64,000 nucleotides of DNA from an uncultured bacterium (lineage in GTDB: Bacteria; Cyanobacteriota; Vampirovibrionia; Gastranaerophilales; Gastranaerophilaceae). The notes under the pieces were generated by a model that made no database searches, was not told the origin of the DNA, and saw only the letters and a program-made list of their open reading frames with translations. Positions 18,952 through 28,812 of this stretch are shown in pieces. Where the stretch lies: positions 1,567 to 65,566 of the forward strand of contig CABQIM010000001.1 of assembly GCA_902464375.1 (NCBI GenBank), given 5' to 3'. The translations under genes and the position numbers were made by a program. Position 1 is the stretch's first letter. Each line of letters starts with the position of its first letter.

Positions 18952-19767
18952 ATGTCAGTAGCTTTAGAACAGAAACAAGGATTAATTGCAGGTGATGGTT
19001 TATTGCCGGTAAAAATGGCACAATACGCAAAAGAAAACGGATTTGAAATCGTTGCAATTTCACTTTCTAACGATAATTACAAACAATTAAAAAAATATTG
19101 TTCAAAAGTATATTCTTTTTGCCCTGGAGAAGTGCAGAAGATTGAAGATACGCTAAAAGCCGAAGGCATCAAACAAATTACCTTCTTAGGAAAAGTTAGC
19201 AAGACTATTTTGCTTAAACGACCTAAATTCGATGCAAGAGCTGTTGAATTTATAAAAAAAGCAATTCGTCTAAATGATGACAAAGTTATGCTAATGATTA
19301 TTGAAGAACTTGAAAAAATTGGTGTTACGATTTTAGACCAAACTCTTTTTATCAAAAACATGATGATTCCATCAGGAATTTTAGGAAGTGTTCAACCTAC
19401 ACAAGAGCAAATTGATGATGTCAATTATGGTTACTGGTTAGCTAAAGAAACAGGAAAGTTGGATATCGGTCAATCTGTTGTTATTAAAGATAAAATGATT
19501 ATGGCTGTAGAAGCAATTGAAGGAACTGATAAATGTATTAAGCGCGGATGTAAAATCGCAAAAAGACATTCAAGAGTAATTAAAGTTGCAAAACCTTCTC
19601 AAGACAAAAGATTTGATATTCCTGCAATCGGCTTAAAAACTATTAAAACGATGAAGAAGTATAAGGCAGATTTAATTGCAGTAGAAGCTGGTGAAACAAT
19701 TATTGTTGACAGAGAAGAAGTTATTAAATACGCAAACAAGCATAACATCGTTATTATGGCAGTATAA
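18952..19767 (+). CDS. lpxI: UDP-2,3-diacylglucosamine diphosphatase LpxI
   Basis: GLIAGDGLLP, DIGQSVV, AVEAIEGTD, KPSQDKRFDIPAIG; adjacent to lpxB. Confidence 0.9.
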   Translation: MSVALEQKQGLIAGDGLLPVKMAQYAKENGFEIVAISLSNDNYKQLKKYCSKVYSFCPGEVQKIEDTLKAEGIKQITFLGKVSKTILLKRPKFDARAVEFIKKAIRLNDDKVMLMIIEELEKIGVTILDQTLFIKNMMIPSGILGSVQPTQEQIDDVNYGYWLAKETGKLDIGQSVVIKDKMIMAVEAIEGTDKCIKRGCKIAKRHSRVIKVAKPSQDKRFDIPAIGLKTIKTMKKYKADLIAVEAGETIIVDREEVIKYANKHNIVIMAV

Positions 19768-19769
19768 TT

Positions 19770-20891
19770 ATGAAAAAGATTTTTATTATTACCGGAGAAT
19801 ATTCAGGTGATATTCATGCCGGACGCGTAGCAGAAATCCTTAAACAACGAAATCCTGAAATTGAAATAGAAGGTATCGGAAGCATTAATTTACAAAATGC
19901 CGGAGCAAAATTATTTTGCGACCATTCTAAAATGTCAGGGTTTGGATTCAGCCTAAAAATGGCAATGGATCATTTATCATTAGAAAAAAAAGTTTCTGAT
20001 TATATTTTAAATGAATACAAACCAGATTTGGTATTACTTATTGACTATGGTACCTTTAACCTTAGAGTCGCTAAACGATTAAAAGGTCATGGTATAAAAG
20101 TTTTCCACTACATACCGCCACAAGTATGGGCTAGCCGCAAATGGAGAATAAAAGGAATTAAAAAGTATGTGGACGAAGTTTTGTGCATATTCCCATTTGA
20201 AGAAGATATGTACAAAGAATATGGAATTAATGTTCACTATTGCGGACATCCATTGATTAAACAGTTGCCAGAAAAAGCAAACAGAGAAGATTTTTTTGCT
20301 CGTCATGGACTTGATACCTCAAGACCTTTGGTTTCTATTTTTCCGGGGTCACGACCTATTGAACTTAAATTTTTGGCAAACACTTTTATCAAAGCAGCAA
20401 AAGCTTTGCAAAAGAAGCATCCGGAAGTGCAATTTTGTATATCACATGCTCCTAATTTGAGTGATGGAATTTTTGATAAATATATTCACGACACTGATTT
20501 TAAGGTTATAAAAGGCGAAAATCAAGCACTATTAAGCGTATCAGATTCTTTAATTTTAGCTTCCGGAACCGTTGCTTTAGAAGCATCTTTGTACCAAGTT
20601 CCATTATTAATCGGATACAAAGGTCCATGGATTTTATATTTATTGTATTTATTATTCAGGTGCATAAAAAAAGTTTCTTTACCTAATATTGTAACTGGTG
20701 AAGATATTGTTCCGGAGCTTATTCAAGCTAAATTTAATGTAGATAATATTTGTTATGAAACAGAACGTTTTCTTTATAACAAGGAATATAGAGAAAAAAC
20801 GATAGCTGAACTTGGCAAAGTTAGAACAAAGCTTTCTGACAAGTATTCCGCTCAAGAAGTTGCTGAAGAAATTATTAGAGCACTTAATTGA
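19770..20891 (+). CDS. lpxB: Lipid-A-disaccharide synthase
   Basis: GEYSGD, IDYGTFN, PPQVWASR, IFPFE, GHPL, PGSR..E, SGTVALE, SLPNI. Confidence 0.92.
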   Translation: MKKIFIITGEYSGDIHAGRVAEILKQRNPEIEIEGIGSINLQNAGAKLFCDHSKMSGFGFSLKMAMDHLSLEKKVSDYILNEYKPDLVLLIDYGTFNLRVAKRLKGHGIKVFHYIPPQVWASRKWRIKGIKKYVDEVLCIFPFEEDMYKEYGINVHYCGHPLIKQLPEKANREDFFARHGLDTSRPLVSIFPGSRPIELKFLANTFIKAAKALQKKHPEVQFCISHAPNLSDGIFDKYIHDTDFKVIKGENQALLSVSDSLILASGTVALEASLYQVPLLIGYKGPWILYLLYLLFRCIKKVSLPNIVTGEDIVPELIQAKFNVDNICYETERFLYNKEYREKTIAELGKVRTKLSDKYSAQEVAEEIIRALN

Positions 20892-21022
20892 ATCATAAAG
20901 CAAAAGAAAAGTCCGAACTATTGCCGGACTTAAAATCTTCTACAACCTTTTTCTAACCTTTATATATTTATAAAGTTAAGTTGGATTGATTAATTGCGTT
21001 TTTGTAATAATTCTTAATATTA

Positions 21023-21115
21023 TGGATTGCCACGAAAATTTTCAAAGTTCCAAGTAAAGTTACTAGACAAAAGTCTAAATTTTCTCGCAATGACGCACTA
21101 CTATTGATTGATATG
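21023..21115. repeat. Right half of the palindromic element (truncated copy 3)
   Basis: TGGATTGCCACGAAAATTTTCAAAGTT...CTCGCAATGACGCACTACTATTGATTGATATG matches 2592-2684. Confidence 0.8.
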
Positions 21116-21281
21116 TTTTAATATAAAAAATTATGTCTTAACTAATTTACCTAAGTTGATAATAATGATAGTCTTTGCGTTCTAATTATTTGATGAAAAT
21201 TTTTACTGGACAGTAGTGCCCTATTGCGGGTTAGGGTAATAATTCCCTAACAGAAAATATCAGCTATGTTGACGCTTCTTT

Positions 21282-21842
21282 CTATTTTGTATTCAATAAA
21301 TACTTTCGTGCACAATCAAGCATTGTTGTAACCAAACCGGAATTTGAATAAATATTCATTCCACCGGATTCCATGACCTGTTTTGCCCTTTGCTCCCACA
21401 AGTTGTAAATTTCATCGTCCGGCATGTTGAGCACTTTGCCTATCATTTTTAACTCTTTATAATCTAAAGGAATTGGCAATGCACCACGCAACAAATCTAC
21501 AATATCGATTCTCTTTTTACGTGGAAAAGCTTTAAGAAAAGACACAACAGAAAGTTTGTTCTCTTTTATGTAATCTTTAATCATTTCTATAGACTCATCA
21601 ACGAGAATCGGTTCTTGTGGAATACGATATTCTCCAAATTCTTCGGGCTCCACATCCATTACTGTAGCAATACGTTCAATTGTAGTTCCTCTTGTTGAAA
21701 ATGGTACCGTTTCATCAATCAAATTGTAAACATATGATAGAGTTACACCTATCATTTCTGCAAAATCGCGTTTGTGAAGAGAATTTTTCTCCAAAAACTT
21801 TGCAACTTTCTCTGAACTTTTTTCTGGAATTATTTGTTTCAT
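21282..21842 (-). CDS. XRE/Cro-type helix-turn-helix protein
   Basis: KRDFAEMIGVTLSYVYNL...TIERIATVMDV pattern. Confidence 0.7.
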   Translation of the reverse strand: MKQIIPEKSSEKVAKFLEKNSLHKRDFAEMIGVTLSYVYNLIDETVPFSTRGTTIERIATVMDVEPEEFGEYRIPQEPILVDESIEMIKDYIKENKLSVVSFLKAFPRKKRIDIVDLLRGALPIPLDYKELKMIGKVLNMPDDEIYNLWEQRAKQVMESGGMNIYSNSGLVTTMLDCARKYLLNTK

Positions 21843-22049
21843 TTTTATTACCTCATAAAACTTTACATCTAAGATTTGGTTAACTATAAGATAATGTAGT
21901 GTAAAGTTTTTTATAACCCTACCTTAGATAACCAACAAGCCAATTCCTGAAATATTAAAAATTATAATTATAAAATCTATCAAATAAAAAACTCCTATTT
22001 TGCAGAACAAAACAGAAGTCTTATATCAAAAATAATTATTTGCTTTTTG

Positions 22050-22769
22050 TTATTTGCATTCATTACAAATGCTTAATTCGTCAAGCAAAATAGCGTATAC
22101 ATTTTCACCTTTTTTAGCCTTATAATGACATCCAGGGGTGATTAAACCAAGAACCAGACCAACGCTGCAACCTACTGGGATACCAATAGCTAAACCTGTT
22201 CCAATTTTAGCAGGAGTAGGAATAAATGCAAAACCAACACCTGCACCGGCACCCGCTATACCTAATGTTAAAGTAGAAAGTGTCAACTTTCCAGCTGTAG
22301 TCCATGGACCTTCTTTTAACTTATAGTCTTTGGTAAACGGTCTAGCTTTAATATCAATACAAGTATTATCAGGAAAAACTATTTTTCTGAATATTAAACT
22401 TACACGAGCATTTTTATTAAACCATTTTGGTTTTTCAACATTAATAACCTCTGCAACAATCTTTGTTCCACAAGGGAAAAGCAAAGTTCCTTCACGTGTA
22501 TAAAGAGCTTGTGGCACTACAAAATTAACAGTTTCACCTGCTTGTGCGCACTTTGAAAAGAACTTTTCATCAAAAACAAATTGTAAAACGTTACCTTTTT
22601 CTATAACTTTTCTTAAGTTTGTAATTGTTACAACATTACAAGGCGCGTTCTTATGAACATCCAAATGCTCTATTGCCTGCGTTTTTTCACAGCAGTCAGC
22701 AAGAACAGGAACGGTATTTATGCCTAAAATACTTAATATAAACAAAAATGATAAAGTTTTTCTAAACAT
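22050..22769 (-). CDS. Secreted/membrane hypothetical protein with Gly-zipper hairpin
   Basis: Signal peptide (..VLA-D), beta-rich domain, GIAGAGAGVG...GLAIG hydrophobic hairpin. Confidence 0.7.
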   Translation of the reverse strand: MFRKTLSFLFILSILGINTVPVLADCCEKTQAIEHLDVHKNAPCNVVTITNLRKVIEKGNVLQFVFDEKFFSKCAQAGETVNFVVPQALYTREGTLLFPCGTKIVAEVINVEKPKWFNKNARVSLIFRKIVFPDNTCIDIKARPFTKDYKLKEGPWTTAGKLTLSTLTLGIAGAGAGVGFAFIPTPAKIGTGLAIGIPVGCSVGLVLGLITPGCHYKAKKGENVYAILLDELSICNECK

Positions 22770-22838
22770 AGAGTTATACCTCAATAAAATAACGACACCT
22801 CAGTATAACTCTAAATTATAAATTTCTCAATAGCTTTT

Positions 22839-24662
22839 TTAGGCTGTTGCTTCTTGCTTTTTGAATTGCATCTCATATAATGCACGATATTGACCATTTT
22901 CAATATTCATCAATTGTTCATGATTACCCAATTCTACCAACTCACCTTCATTTATAACAGCAATTCTGTCAGCGTTTATGATAGTAGATAGTCTGTGAGC
23001 AATTACAAAAACGGTCTTATTTTTGATTAAATTATCCAATGCTTTTTGCACAACAGCCTCAGACTTATTATCAAGAGCAGATGTTGCCTCATCTAGAATA
23101 ACTATTGGCGCATTCTTAATCATTGCGCGTGCGATTGCAATACGCTGTCTTTGACCACCTGAAAGCGTAACACCACGTTCTCCTAACTCTGTATCCAAAC
23201 CGTCAGGTAATTCGTCAATCATCTCTTGCAAATGCGCTGATTCTACAGCTTCCATAAGTTCAGCTTCAGTAGCATTCGGATTACCCATCATGATATTTTC
23301 TCTAATAGTACCGGAGAATAAGAAATTATCTTGGAATACAATCGCAATATGACTTCTAAGAGAATGTAGTGTTATATCTCTAATGTCTATACCATCAATT
23401 GTTATAGAGCCGGAATTTACATCATAAAATCGTGGAATCAAGTTTACCAAAGTAGATTTTCCACCACCGGAATTTCCTACTATAGCCAACGTTTCGTTTT
23501 TATTGATACTCAATGATAAGTTCTTTAACACAGGATGATTTTCCACATACTCAAAATTTACATTATTAAATTCGACTTTATTTTCCAAACTCTTTAATGT
23601 AATTGCATCTTTTTTGTCACAAATTTTTGCTCTCAAATCAAACAATTCAAATACACGCCCCATTGCAACAAAAATGTTTTGAATATTAGTAAGCGTGTTA
23701 CCTAAAGTTTTTACCGGTTTATAAAGCAGTAATAATGAAGTTACAAACGAAGCAAAAGCTCCGGCTGTCATTTGTCCGGATGTAATCAAATGGGTACCGT
23801 AAGCTAAAACACCTGCGATACCGCAAGAAGCGATTACATACATCAATGGACTCATCCAAGCGGAACGCTTTGTTAGTGACATATTTACAGCAAAAGATTC
23901 CCAAATTTGATTTCTAAAATATTTTTCTTGTCTATCTTGAAGCTCATACGCAGCCATAACTTTATTGCCATTATAAGTTTCATTGATATTAGTAGTAATG
24001 TTACCACCAATCACCATATTCTTGTTAGATGCAGATTTGATTCGTTTTCTTATAAGCGCAACCGGAACAAAAGCCACGCATAGAACAATTACACCAATTA
24101 CTGCCAATTTCCAAGAACTGTATAACATAACAGTTACAAGACCTAATGCACCAAATAAACTTGTTGTAATTGTTTTAATTTGATCTACAATACCGGAAGA
24201 CGCTGTTTGAGGGTCATTCATATATCTTGAAATAACAATACCAGAAGGATTTTCATCAAAGAATTGCGGATCCATATAGATTAGCATATGAAACAAATCC
24301 ATTTTTACATCATTTGTAATTCTTTGGCTTGTCCATGCAGAAATATAGTCATTCAAATATCTCAAAACACCTTGAAAAGCCGCAAATAGAATTACACCAA
24401 ACGGTATAATAAATGCAAAAAGCTGCCAAGTCAGCGTAAATTCGTGTCCTAATAAATGAAATACCCAATCTTGTTTTCCAACTACATAATCAAGATATGG
24501 TTTTAGCGCAAACGCAGTTACACCATCCAATAAACCTAGCGGAATTGCAACTAAAAAGCCACAAATTATTCTGAACATATATGGCTTAATATATGGAAAA
24601 ATACGCGCCAACAACCATCCGTACTTAAAAGAGTTTTGCGCTGATGTGCTACTTAATTTCAT
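22839..24662 (-). CDS. msbA: ABC exporter, lipid A flippase MsbA-like
   Basis: 6-TM domain, GNSGGGKST, LSGGQRQR, ILDEATSALD; near lpxI/lpxB. Confidence 0.75.
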   Translation of the reverse strand: MKLSSTSAQNSFKYGWLLARIFPYIKPYMFRIICGFLVAIPLGLLDGVTAFALKPYLDYVVGKQDWVFHLLGHEFTLTWQLFAFIIPFGVILFAAFQGVLRYLNDYISAWTSQRITNDVKMDLFHMLIYMDPQFFDENPSGIVISRYMNDPQTASSGIVDQIKTITTSLFGALGLVTVMLYSSWKLAVIGVIVLCVAFVPVALIRKRIKSASNKNMVIGGNITTNINETYNGNKVMAAYELQDRQEKYFRNQIWESFAVNMSLTKRSAWMSPLMYVIASCGIAGVLAYGTHLITSGQMTAGAFASFVTSLLLLYKPVKTLGNTLTNIQNIFVAMGRVFELFDLRAKICDKKDAITLKSLENKVEFNNVNFEYVENHPVLKNLSLSINKNETLAIVGNSGGGKSTLVNLIPRFYDVNSGSITIDGIDIRDITLHSLRSHIAIVFQDNFLFSGTIRENIMMGNPNATEAELMEAVESAHLQEMIDELPDGLDTELGERGVTLSGGQRQRIAIARAMIKNAPIVILDEATSALDNKSEAVVQKALDNLIKNKTVFVIAHRLSTIINADRIAVINEGELVELGNHEQLMNIENGQYRALYEMQFKKQEATA

Positions 24663-24791
24663 TATATATAATCCCTCTTATACTCCCTCACTTACTTCAT
24701 TATACCATCAAAATTCTCAACTGCAAAAAGATTGTTACAATTGACTAGCAAGGTAATACATTTTGTAAAAATAATAGTTTAAGATTATTTT

Positions 24792-25148
24792 ATGAATACT
24801 CTTAAAATTAAACGTGTTTATGAAATTCCTTCAAAAACGGATGGTATAAGAATTCTTGTTGATAGATTGTGGCCACGAGGTGTATCTAAAAAAGATGCCC
24901 AAATCGATATTTGGGACAAAGATATAGCCACAAGTCCGGATTTGCGTATATGGTTTGGACATAAAGCCGAAAAAATTGAAGAATTCAGTAAAAAATATCA
25001 AGAAGAACTTCAATATAAGACTAATGAACTTAAAGAAATAAAAAACCTGCTCAAAAAATCAAATGTGACATTAATTTATGCAGCAAAAGACCCCAAAATC
25101 AATCATGCAATTGTGTTGATGAAATATTTAGAAGATTTTAAACAATAA
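24792..25148 (+). CDS. DUF488 family (YeaO-like) protein
   Basis: IKRVYE...DGIRILVDRLWPRGVSK, LRIWFGH, NHAIVL. Confidence 0.85.
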   Translation: MNTLKIKRVYEIPSKTDGIRILVDRLWPRGVSKKDAQIDIWDKDIATSPDLRIWFGHKAEKIEEFSKKYQEELQYKTNELKEIKNLLKKSNVTLIYAAKDPKINHAIVLMKYLEDFKQ

Positions 25149-25151
25149 AAT

Positions 25152-25403
25152 TCACACAAAATAAGATAGAAACTCTTTGTATACACTTTCCACAACCTTT
25201 GTAATCGTATCGATTAAACTCTTATCAATTTCAGCACTCTCTAATTGCTGTCTATAAAAATCTTCATCGATTTCTGACATTTTTTTCTTTTGAGTTTTTG
25301 CACTTACAATATAGTGCTCTTGCTTTTGACGTAATGCAGTTCCTTTGCAAAGTTTCTTTGCTGCTGCAAAATCATAATATTTATTAATACGTTGAATTTT
25401 CAT
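25152..25403 (-). CDS. Small hypothetical protein (about 83 aa, MKIQRINKYY...)
   Basis: 3' part of ORF 25152..25550; the upstream part overlaps the tRNA, so ATG 25403 is the plausible start. Confidence 0.5.
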   Translation of the reverse strand: MKIQRINKYYDFAAAKKLCKGTALRQKQEHYIVSAKTQKKKMSEIDEDFYRQQLESAEIDKSLIDTITKVVESVYKEFLSYFV

Positions 25404-25448
25404 ACATATCCTATAAAAAAAAGAGAGGTTTTTAGAACCTCTCTTAAT

Positions 25449-25524
25449 TGGCTGGGACGGAAGGATTCGAACCTCCGAGATGGCTGGACCAAAACCAGCT
25501 GCCTTACCACTTGGCGACGTCCCA
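25449..25524 (-). tRNA. trnQ: tRNA-Gln(TTG)
   Basis: TGGGACG/CGTCCCA acceptor stem, GCTGG-TTTTGGT-CCAGC anticodon arm, GGTTCGAATCC, encoded CCA; terminator hairpin at about 25416-25446. Confidence 0.95.
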
Positions 25525-25584
25525 TCGCAATTACTATAATAGAATATCAAGATTATATGTCAAGAGGTTTTATTTTTAAGACAA

Positions 25585-25613
25585 AAAAGTGCTCCAGATT
25601 ATGGAGCACTTTT
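25585..25613 (-). terminator. Intrinsic terminator of ilvE
   Basis: AAAAGTGCTCCA/TGGAGCACTTTT stem. Confidence 0.8.
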
Positions 25614-25621
25614 ACCTAAAA

Positions 25622-26653
25622 CTAAGCAATAACCTTAATCCAACCTTCCGGAGCTTCAATTTCACCCATTTGAATACCGGTCAAAGTTTCATAAAGTTTT
25701 TGGGTCACAGGACCGATTTTTTCCATGCCTGATGGGAACACGATTTCGTTACCATGATCAACCACCTTACCAACAGGAGATAAAACTGCAGCGGTTCCGC
25801 ATAGCGCACATTCTGCAAAGTCCTTAATTTCACTGAACGGAATAATTCTTTCTTCTGCCTTCAAGCCCAAATAATGTTCTGCTACATACATCAAAGAACG
25901 TCTTGTTATTGATGGCAAAATTGAATTTGATTTTGGAGTAACTACCTTATTATCCTTTGTTACAAAGATAATATTTGCACCGCCGGTTTCTTCAACATTT
26001 GTTCTTGTTGCTGAATCCAAGTACATGTTTTCGTTATACCCTTGATTATGCGCATCAACTATAGCATGAAGACTCATTGCATAGTTTAACCCTGCCTTAA
26101 TATGACCTGTACCATGTGGAGCAGCTCTATCAAAATCCGGAACACGAAGAGTAATTGGTTTCGCACCACGTTTAAAATAAGGACCTACCGGCGCAGCAAA
26201 AATTCTGAATTGGAATTCACTTGCAGGTTTTACACCCATTACCGGATTACTGCCAAACATGTAAGGTCTTAGGTACAATGCTGCTCCTGAGCCGTATGGA
26301 GGAACGTAATCAATGTTTTTTCTTACGACTTCTACAACAGCATCTACAAATCTATCTTCCGGAAATACTGCCATTTCTAAATAACGGCATGTATCAGCCA
26401 TTCTCTTTGCATTTAAGTCCGGTCTAAAGCAAACTACCTTGTTATCTTTTGTTCTATATGCTTTCATACCTTCAAAGCAAGTCTGTGCATATTGAAGAAC
26501 ACAAGCACATTCATTCATTGTAATATTTGGGTCGGTAGTCATTATACCTTCATCCCATTTGCCATCTTTGAAATTTGAGACAAAACGGTAATCAGTTTGC
26601 ATGTAACCAAAACCTAAGTTTGCCCAATCAATATTTTTTTCAACAGTTTTCAT
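25622..26653 (-). CDS. ilvE: Branched-chain amino acid aminotransferase
   Basis: LQYAQTCFEGMKAY, LYLRP, KAGLNYA, EETGGAN, ILPSITR, CGTAAV. Confidence 0.95.
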   Translation of the reverse strand: MKTVEKNIDWANLGFGYMQTDYRFVSNFKDGKWDEGIMTTDPNITMNECACVLQYAQTCFEGMKAYRTKDNKVVCFRPDLNAKRMADTCRYLEMAVFPEDRFVDAVVEVVRKNIDYVPPYGSGAALYLRPYMFGSNPVMGVKPASEFQFRIFAAPVGPYFKRGAKPITLRVPDFDRAAPHGTGHIKAGLNYAMSLHAIVDAHNQGYNENMYLDSATRTNVEETGGANIIFVTKDNKVVTPKSNSILPSITRRSLMYVAEHYLGLKAEERIIPFSEIKDFAECALCGTAAVLSPVGKVVDHGNEIVFPSGMEKIGPVTQKLYETLTGIQMGEIEAPEGWIKVIA

Positions 26654-26820
26654 TATGATGCTTCCTCCTTAATCATATAAATGAACACTCATTAGGTACA
26701 TTATACTACAAATTTTTACTATAGCTTTGTAACATTTCGTAATATTAAAGTCAATTTTTCAAAAACAATTGACTTTATATACATGTAAGGTTAAGAAGTT
26801 AATAAGGTTGGAGGTTATTT

Positions 26821-26973
26821 ATGAACATTGCAATTAGAAAACTGGCATTACTTGAAAAGAATTTAATTGAAAGAGAAGAAGCAGCTAGAATGGAAGGCTA
26901 TACTACATCTCCTATTGATACAGCTTTTAGAGAAAAAGTTACTCAATTAATGGATAAAGTAAGAGTTATTTAG
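26821..26973 (+). CDS. Unannotated 50-aa small protein (MNIAIRKLALLEKNLIEREEAARMEGYTTSPIDTAFREKVTQLMDKVRVI)
   Basis: GGAGG at 26810-26814, ATG 26821, TAG 26971-26973; fills the gap; TTGACT upstream. Confidence 0.7.
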   Translation: MNIAIRKLALLEKNLIEREEAARMEGYTTSPIDTAFREKVTQLMDKVRVI

Positions 26974-26975
26974 CT

Positions 26976-28718
26976 TTATTTATCAACACTATTATCCAAA
27001 GAACCAAGCTCTACAAGCGTTTTAAAATCTGAGTTTTGTTTTATCAAATTGTCAAATGCTGCGATATCTACTATCTCAGCATTTTTGATAAATACTATTT
27101 TGTCAGCATTTCTTATTGTAGACAATCTGTGAGCAATAGCAATTATTGTCATGTTACCTTTTAAAGAATTTAAAACAGTACAAAGTTCATCCTCTGTTTT
27201 CAAATCAAGAGATGACGTTGCTTCATCCATTATCAAGATATCAGGTTCTGAATACAAAGCCCTCGCAATAGCTAAACGTTGTTTTTGTCCTTGTGAAAAA
27301 CCGGTTGAATCTACAAACGGGTTAGCATATATACCTTCCTGATAATTTTCATTTATAAAATCATACAATTTTGCATTCTTTAAAGCTTCTATAACTTTGC
27401 CATCGTCTTGAAGTTCAGCTCCAAATGTGACATTTTCTTTTATACTTCCATTTATCAGATTGAATTCTTGAGGAATATAACCAATTTTAAGAGGTTTTGT
27501 TTGTTGCATACCATCTATAAGAATTATTCCGGACTGCGGTTTTAAAAGTCCTGCAATAATATCTGCTAATGTCGTTTTTCCTGCACCAGAAAGTCCTGCA
27601 ATTCCAACAAATTCGCCTTTGTTTATCATCAGATTAATATTCTTTAATGCTAGTTTATCATCTTCATAACTAAAATTAATATTTTTTAATTCTATTGCAT
27701 GTTCAAACTTTTGGAATTCATGTTCCGTAATTGGTTTAACATTTGTGATATCAAATTTATTGCAATAATCAAGGAATTCATCAACTATTGGAAGAGCCGA
27801 ATTTATACCATTGAGATTCACCTGTATTCTGGAAATTGTAGGTGAGAGCCTAAAAATTGCTGACACAATAAGCGCAAACGATGCCACTAATTTATCCGGT
27901 TGAGAGAAATTTTGCATTGCAATTATTATTAAAAGAGTAAATAACAACACTATTATAAAAGGTTCCGTAATGTATGGCGGAATTATATTGTAAAAAAGCA
28001 TTTGCTGTTCATTCTCAAACAAATTTTCTATGGCATTTTTATAATTGTTAAAGAAAAATTTTTCGTTATTAGAAATCTTAACGCCTTTTATATTCAAAAT
28101 AACTTCGTTACATCTTTGTCTTAATTTAGAAGATGCACGACTTAGTTTATCAGAAACGGATTTTAATTTTGGTTTAAATATTTTATATTGCACTGCGACT
28201 AAAATAAGCGCAAACATCGTCGTGAAAACAGTTGCAAGAGGAAATTTAATTAATAAGAATAAAGAAACGAGTGTAAAAATAAAAAAGTTTACATTCAAAT
28301 TTAGAATACGTAATACATAATTATTTATTACATTTGGTATCAAATATCCAAGTATATTTTCTTTTTGAGCAAGTGATATTTTGGAAGTTTTTGAATATTC
28401 GGATGATAGGAAATAATTAACGAATTTCAAATTAACTTCTGCTTCCACTGCTTTTGTAAATTTGGACTGTAATGCTGCATATTTTATCATTACCAAATTT
28501 TTTGCAAGAAACAATAAAATTATTAGACAGCCAATCAATACCGGTGAGTTCTGCCAACCGCCGGTTTTATCCTCTGAAAGCAATTTTAATATAAACGGAT
28601 AAGTCAGAGCGACTCCAAAAAGTTCCAGAAATCCAACAACAAAGGACAATGACGAGTAGCTCAAAAAAGCTCTCTTATTGTCTTTAAAGTATCCAAAAAA
28701 AACTTTTAACCTTCCCAT
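26976..28718 (-). CDS. ABC exporter, fused permease/ATPase (possibly glycan export, PglK/HepA-like)
   Basis: GLSGAGKTT, FSQGQKQR, IMDEATSSLD, AHRLSTI. Confidence 0.85.
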   Translation of the reverse strand: MGRLKVFFGYFKDNKRAFLSYSSLSFVVGFLELFGVALTYPFILKLLSEDKTGGWQNSPVLIGCLIILLFLAKNLVMIKYAALQSKFTKAVEAEVNLKFVNYFLSSEYSKTSKISLAQKENILGYLIPNVINNYVLRILNLNVNFFIFTLVSLFLLIKFPLATVFTTMFALILVAVQYKIFKPKLKSVSDKLSRASSKLRQRCNEVILNIKGVKISNNEKFFFNNYKNAIENLFENEQQMLFYNIIPPYITEPFIIVLLFTLLIIIAMQNFSQPDKLVASFALIVSAIFRLSPTISRIQVNLNGINSALPIVDEFLDYCNKFDITNVKPITEHEFQKFEHAIELKNINFSYEDDKLALKNINLMINKGEFVGIAGLSGAGKTTLADIIAGLLKPQSGIILIDGMQQTKPLKIGYIPQEFNLINGSIKENVTFGAELQDDGKVIEALKNAKLYDFINENYQEGIYANPFVDSTGFSQGQKQRLAIARALYSEPDILIMDEATSSLDLKTEDELCTVLNSLKGNMTIIAIAHRLSTIRNADKIVFIKNAEIVDIAAFDNLIKQNSDFKTLVELGSLDNSVDK

Positions 28719-28812
28719 CACGCTACTATAATATATTAAAAAAAGATTAATTTCTATTATTTTCACAGAAATTACATGCTATAATACATACTAAGATTAA
28801 TAAGGAGGGTAT

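Noticed and set aside
25404..25550. N-terminal part of the 132-aa ORF
   Set aside because: It runs through tRNA-Gln and its terminator.
11951..26788. Shared TATATACATGTAA upstream of both small ORFs (11951 and 26776)
   Set aside because: A 13-bp AT-rich match is expected by chance in 64 kb; only two occurrences and no supporting regulator.
24792..26973. Integrated element at tRNA-Gln
   Set aside because: No integrase and no duplicated tRNA 3' end was found.
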